Below, in pieces: positions 59,717 to 64,000 of a stretch of 64,000 bases of DNA (position 1 is the stretch's first letter; each line of letters starts with the position of its first letter). This DNA comes from an uncultured bacterium. Its GTDB lineage: Bacteria > Babelota > Babeliae > Babelales > Babelaceae. The DNA is taken from assembly GCA_963848965.1 (NCBI GenBank), contig CAWKFG010000004.1, forward strand, positions 736,001 through 800,000, read 5' to 3'. The translations under genes were made by a program, and so were the position numbers. The notes under the pieces were generated by a model that was given only the letters and a program-made list of their open reading frames with translations, was not told the DNA's origin and ran no database searches.

Positions 59717-59863
59717 TTACCGTATTTGTCTTCCTATATTTTCTGCAAGTCTACCACTTTTTCCTAAGGTAGTTTTTGAAACAGTGCCTATCTCTGTAAT
59801 AAGAGTAACTTTAGAAGATACCTTTTGCTTTTTACGAAAGCACCAATTACTAAGTATTTTCAT
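59717..59863 (-). CDS. Lasso precursor A2: MKILSNWCFRKKQKVSSKVTLITEIGTVSKTTL-GKSGRLAENIGRQIR
   Basis: 48 aa from the ATG at 59863 with GAGGAG RBS (track ORF is over-extended); Gly(-8), Thr(-2), Gly1, Glu8. Confidence 0.9.
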   Translation of the reverse strand: MKILSNWCFRKKQKVSSKVTLITEIGTVSKTTLGKSGRLAENIGRQIR

Positions 59864-59961
59864 AAGACCTTCTCCTCTATTTATAAAGTGAAACAATGTA
59901 TAGCACATGCAAAAACCATATATACTAATCTTGTACATCAAACTTTTGTAGCTTTTGCTTA

Positions 59962-60132
59962 CTAATTATCTTTTAATGGAGGCCAATAAGTGCGTTTAAA
60001 AGTTTTTTGAAGGCTCTCTAAGTATTTTCCGCCTCTGCCCAGAGTAATTTTTGAAACAGCTCCTAACATTTCAATAGGAGACACCTTATAGGAGGCATCT
60101 TTTTTATTAATGAATATAATAGATCTTTTCAT
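59962..60132 (-). CDS. Lasso precursor A3: MKRSIIFINKKDASYKVSPIEMLGAVSKITL-GRGGKYLESLQKTFKRTYWPPLKDN
   Basis: Manual translation (56 aa); AAGGAG RBS; Tyr(-17), Gly(-8), Thr(-2), Gly1, Glu8. Confidence 0.9.
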   Translation of the reverse strand: MKRSIIFINKKDASYKVSPIEMLGAVSKITLGRGGKYLESLQKTFKRTYWPPLKDN

Positions 60133-60160
60133 AGGTGTTTCTCCTTACTCTAAACAATAT

Positions 60161-60337
60161 TTATACAGGGTTCCAAGGATGTTTCTTAAAGGTCCTTCGA
60201 AGACTTTCTAAATATTTTCCTCCTCTACCTAAAGTAAGCCTTGAAACGTTTCCTAACATTTCAACAGCAGATACTTTGTAAGAAGCACTTTTCTGTTGAA
60301 CGCAACCTGTTGTGTGTAAATGTTTTTTCTTTTGCAT
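60161..60337 (-). CDS. Lasso precursor A4: MQKKKHLHTTGCVQQKSASYKVSAVEMLGNVSRLTL-GRGGKYLESLRRTFKKHPWNPV
   Basis: Manual translation (58 aa); AAGGAGGT RBS just after the C2 stop; Tyr(-17), Gly(-8), Thr(-2), Gly1, Glu8. Confidence 0.9.
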   Translation of the reverse strand: MQKKKHLHTTGCVQQKSASYKVSAVEMLGNVSRLTLGRGGKYLESLRRTFKKHPWNPV

Positions 60338-60354
60338 GACACCTCCTTACGTTA

Positions 60355-62112
60355 TTAAGAGATATTCCATGTTTTAAACCATAGTTCTGTAGAAAGTAAA
60401 TTTATTAATGGCCCTATATTTACTGGGCTACTATGACACCATTGATTAATATACGTATAAAGTTTATCTTTATCAATGAGATTATGTTGCACAAATTTAC
60501 CTTCAAACAAGAGCTCACATATCTGCTTATACTGAACATTAAAAGCATAGATAGTAACTGCAGTTGTATCCCCTTTATCTTTACGCCATATATTTGGTGC
60601 CTTACTTATCCTACTTATCGCATTTCTAAAAGGGAATCGGTCATGTTCCTGCTTATACAGCTGATAGGTAGGAATAGAAAGCGCAAGCTCAACAAGCGGT
60701 TGAAATAAAAATGGGTTAATTACCGATTTACCTGGTATTCTTTGTACCTTATCCACAGTAACAAGTGCATCATAGAGCGAAACTATATGAGAAAGCTTAC
60801 CTGGATATATTTTAGTATTATCGTGCAAAAAAAGCGTATCATTCTTTACTTGCTCCATAAAAGCGCTATTCATCCAATGTTCACGCTCTAAAGATGCAAG
60901 AAGATGCCTTTTATGTGAAGTATAGTAACGCATTATCTCCATACCTGTATCTTTTATAACTTGTATAAGCGACATTCGATAATAAGCTGCTATCTCAGAT
61001 ATTTTAGAGCTTATTCCTCGTGTACCGCGAATAAAAAAATAATCTGCAAGAGATTCAACAAGTGGAGGTGCAAGAAAAAGGTGGTCCCCTCCATGCCCAC
61101 TCATAAATTCACAGTTCTTCTGAGCAACTAAAGCAGCAGTATGCTTACACATTGCTTCTTCTAATAACAAAGGATGAGGCTTACTAGCTCTTAATTGAGG
61201 AAGCATACTCAATGATATATGCTCACTCAAATCTATACAATGCAGTTCTGCATCACATTCCTGAGCAACTTGAGTTGCATAGTTTCTTTCATCAGAAGAA
61301 GCTACTCGAGAGTGAAAGTAATTAAAGCACGTGATAGGTAGAGTAGGAGCTACCTGTTTGAGCAGTATAAGAAGAGCAGAAGAATCAAGACCTCCTGATA
61401 GCTCTAGTGCTATGCCTTCTGTTTCCTGTGTCCATGCCTTTATACAGCTTGAAAACGTCTCAAGTATTTGCTCCTCTAGTTCTTTCTCCTCTTTTACACC
61501 TATCTGTGTTGGATCCCAAAAAAGACCTGTTTTATACCCTTCTGCTGTTATGCTTACATAAGAGCCTGGAAATACCTCTTCTATTCCTTTAAACGGAGTT
61601 ACTGTAGTAAGAAAATCTGCTGCTACATAGGAGGTAAAGTAAGTCCAGTCAAGTACTGGCTTTTCTTCTAATGCATCATAGAGCATTGAGAGCTCTGTAG
61701 AGAACACTACTCCTTGAGCTGTCTGTGTAATAAAGAGTGGTATACCTCCTAGTGGGTCTCTATAAATTGTTATACTCTCTTCATCTAGCAGTATAACAAG
61801 ATACCTGCCCCAGTACCGCTCACTTAACCATCTACCTTGCGATTCTCTTATCTTTTCTAGCTCCCATTCTTCAAGATTTTCTTTAAGAACTGAGCTTCCC
61901 TTTTCAAAAAGTCGGCCTATAAGCATTCCAGTAGTATGGGTAAAGACCTTGAGCTTTTCGGCAGAAGATTCTTCATTTCTCACCCCACTTTGTATGATAA
62001 AGTTATAGTTTTCTACCGTTGCCCACTGCTTACAAAGCTCTTTAGTAACCGGGTTAATTGACAATGTACGAGCAGTTTTTTCCTTTAAAAAAGCCCCTAG
62101 TAATAAAGGCAT
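60355..62112 (-). CDS. Lasso peptide cyclase C2
   Basis: LELSGGLDSS, SGHGGDHLF, NPFLFQPLVELALSIP, WRKDKG; paralog of C1, directly upstream of A4. Confidence 0.92.
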   Translation of the reverse strand: MPLLLGAFLKEKTARTLSINPVTKELCKQWATVENYNFIIQSGVRNEESSAEKLKVFTHTTGMLIGRLFEKGSSVLKENLEEWELEKIRESQGRWLSERYWGRYLVILLDEESITIYRDPLGGIPLFITQTAQGVVFSTELSMLYDALEEKPVLDWTYFTSYVAADFLTTVTPFKGIEEVFPGSYVSITAEGYKTGLFWDPTQIGVKEEKELEEQILETFSSCIKAWTQETEGIALELSGGLDSSALLILLKQVAPTLPITCFNYFHSRVASSDERNYATQVAQECDAELHCIDLSEHISLSMLPQLRASKPHPLLLEEAMCKHTAALVAQKNCEFMSGHGGDHLFLAPPLVESLADYFFIRGTRGISSKISEIAAYYRMSLIQVIKDTGMEIMRYYTSHKRHLLASLEREHWMNSAFMEQVKNDTLFLHDNTKIYPGKLSHIVSLYDALVTVDKVQRIPGKSVINPFLFQPLVELALSIPTYQLYKQEHDRFPFRNAISRISKAPNIWRKDKGDTTAVTIYAFNVQYKQICELLFEGKFVQHNLIDKDKLYTYINQWCHSSPVNIGPLINLLSTELWFKTWNIS

Positions 62113-62155
62113 ACTCTCGATCTTTCCTATACAAATGTATGGCGCTCATTCTTCA

Positions 62156-63586
62156 CTACAGTAAGTTATATCTTACAAGAGCAAGATCAAACCACTTACC
62201 ATTAAAAGAGTCACCCGCAACTATCACTTTTCCATTCTCTTGCAGTGCTATAGCAAAACTTCTATCATCACCCCCTCTTAAGGAGGTAACCAGTATGCCA
62301 TCGTTGGAAGTACCAAAAGTAGTATCCAGCATCCCTTCAGATGTATAGCGCACAAGGGTAAACTTTTTATGCTTATCCCACTGCACTACCCCGGTAATGA
62401 GTATTTTACCATCTTTTTGTAATACTACACTTTTAGCAAAAGCATTATCAGTACCTAATGGAGTTAAAACTATACCAGTACGACTTTTTCCAAATGTAGT
62501 ATCGGGTGACCCATCTACATTGTACCTCACAAGAAGAAATTCCGCTTTCTGGCTAGTTGTGTTTTTTGCAGAACCTATGGCAAGAATTTTGCCATCTGGC
62601 TGTATTATAACGTCTACAAAAAAATTACATTCTCTACTTGCGGATGTTATGACCATTCCACTTTTATCAGGAGCAAAAGAAGTATCAAGATTTCCATGAG
62701 AATCATATTGTACAATCGCACAATCTGAACTTGCTGACGCAGCCAGAGCAAGATCCCCAAATGAGGTACAATCATCGCTTAACCCTACAACTACGATCTT
62801 CCCACCTTGTTGTAAAGCTGCTGCTAGAGCCTCATCATCTTCCTTACCTATAACTCTGGGCTTAGGTCTCTTGTTTACCTGCAAGATAGTCTTTACATGC
62901 CCCTTTGTTCCAAAAGATATATCAGGAGTTCCATCACTATTATAGCGACTTACAAAGAAGCTACAGTTTATAGCATCCAATGACTCTGGACCTTTATTAA
63001 GGCCTTGGTTTCCTACAGCAATAATTTTTCCATCGTCTTGTAGCACAACTTTAAAATAGTTAGACCAGCTCTTTCCTAGTTTTTCTTTTATTACTCCACC
63101 GCAGCCAAAGGAGCTATCTAAGTTTCCATTTGGATGTAATCTCAAAAGGCCTGCATTACCAAAACCATCATCTCGGTCAAATATTCTTATTACTGCAATA
63201 ATTTTACCATCTTTTTGTACAAGACAATCAATACCAAAAAGCTGAGTATTACTTTGACCAAGAGTTATCAACATTTTACCTCCTAAACCAAAAGAGGTAT
63301 CTAGAGTCCCATTACTATTATAGCGCGCTAAAGCACAAGCAACCCCAGTTGGTTTATTAGTAAAATCCTTATAGGCATCCCCTATTACAAGTATTTTGCC
63401 ATCTTGCTGCACTCTTACATGAATTGAAGGTACTATTTTGTTCACAGTTCCTGAATTCATACCAAAACTGGTCGTAACGATTCCATTATCACCAAAGGTT
63501 TTATCTAAAAGACTCTTAGTTTCCTCCATAGCCTTTATGTATAATGAAATAAAGAGAGAAAGTACAAAAAGCTGTCGTATATTCAT
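62156..63586 (-). CDS. Exported delta-60-repeat (beta-propeller-like) protein
   Basis: Repeated Q.DGKI....G....LARY...G.LDTSFG units; signal peptide. Confidence 0.85.
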   Translation of the reverse strand: MNIRQLFVLSLFISLYIKAMEETKSLLDKTFGDNGIVTTSFGMNSGTVNKIVPSIHVRVQQDGKILVIGDAYKDFTNKPTGVACALARYNSNGTLDTSFGLGGKMLITLGQSNTQLFGIDCLVQKDGKIIAVIRIFDRDDGFGNAGLLRLHPNGNLDSSFGCGGVIKEKLGKSWSNYFKVVLQDDGKIIAVGNQGLNKGPESLDAINCSFFVSRYNSDGTPDISFGTKGHVKTILQVNKRPKPRVIGKEDDEALAAALQQGGKIVVVGLSDDCTSFGDLALAASASSDCAIVQYDSHGNLDTSFAPDKSGMVITSASRECNFFVDVIIQPDGKILAIGSAKNTTSQKAEFLLVRYNVDGSPDTTFGKSRTGIVLTPLGTDNAFAKSVVLQKDGKILITGVVQWDKHKKFTLVRYTSEGMLDTTFGTSNDGILVTSLRGGDDRSFAIALQENGKVIVAGDSFNGKWFDLALVRYNLL

Positions 63587-64000
63587 AAAAGCTCCTGAGG
63601 AATAGATACGAGTTTTATAAGCAGCTTACTTGAGTTAACTTAACTTTTCAAGGCTGCTAATATGAATAAATACTTTCTCTAAAACTATCTCCAAGACTTT
63701 AGAATTATTCAAAGGTCAGGGTTATAATATTGCTTAAATTGAGGAAAAGTAGCTTTTACCAAAGTAGTTTTTCCCCATTGTCGTGGCCCTAAAATAACAA
63801 CAACCGGAAATTACAAACTATCTTAAATAAGTGCTTTTGAAAGTTCTCTTTTAATCATAGTGCACCCTAAAATACTTGACAGATTCAGCCATCGAGTACC
63901 TAATTTGTCAAGCTTTTTACCTCCTTTTTAACATTAAAGCAACCCAGATACCAAAAATAATAACCTAGCAGACCTTTACTTGACTTAGCTAAGAAAGTGA

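Larger units (their letters stand above)
57975..61860. repeat. About 520-bp near-identical inverted repeat inside the two cyclase genes (57975-58494 and 61345-61860)
   Basis: Base-by-base reading shows long identical runs including synonymous positions, with few substitutions and one short divergent patch. Confidence 0.88.

Noticed and set aside
59864..59941. N-terminal extension of the 74-aa track ORF
   Set aside because: A strong RBS precedes the ATG at 59863 and gives a 33-aa leader like A1; the upstream part looks intergenic.
57706..62112. Calling the two Asn-synthetase-like genes asnB
   Set aside because: There is no N-terminal catalytic Cys, and the adjacent B peptidase and precursors identify them as lasso cyclases.
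1..64000. CRISPR array, tRNA, rRNA, integrase or prophage genes
   Set aside because: No regularly spaced repeats, cloverleaf or rRNA-like segments, or recombinase motifs noticed.

Overview
AT-rich bacterial window. The gene content suggests an intracellular parasite of protists such as Babeliota/Dependentiae (TM6): many signal-peptide-bearing ankyrin, MYND-finger and WD40 proteins, several AAA-ATPase/PD-(D/E)XK proteins, and scattered core genes (clpB, tpiA, secG, mlaE/F, eno, ogt, yjjX). This taxonomy is inference only. The main find is a lasso-peptide (RiPP) locus at about 55.3-62.1 kb. It has an ABC-2 exporter pair, one fused RRE/leader peptidase (B), and two convergent lasso cyclases (C) that share a near-identical block of about 520 bp. 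Between the cyclases lie four small precursor genes on the minus strand; three are absent from the ORF track and the fourth is over-extended there. All four have Thr(-2), Gly1 and Glu8, and they fall into two sequence subfamilies. Other notable items: a type II secretion-like operon with three secretins; a recurrent Met residue directly after the signal peptide in nine exported proteins; candidate effectors (EndoU-like+ankyrin, 2H-phosphoesterase+WD40, DXD glycosyltransferase); a carotenoid-cleavage oxygenase; a miniature IS200/IS605 tnpB remnant; and a decayed two-gene duplication. All calls are by eye, without database searches.
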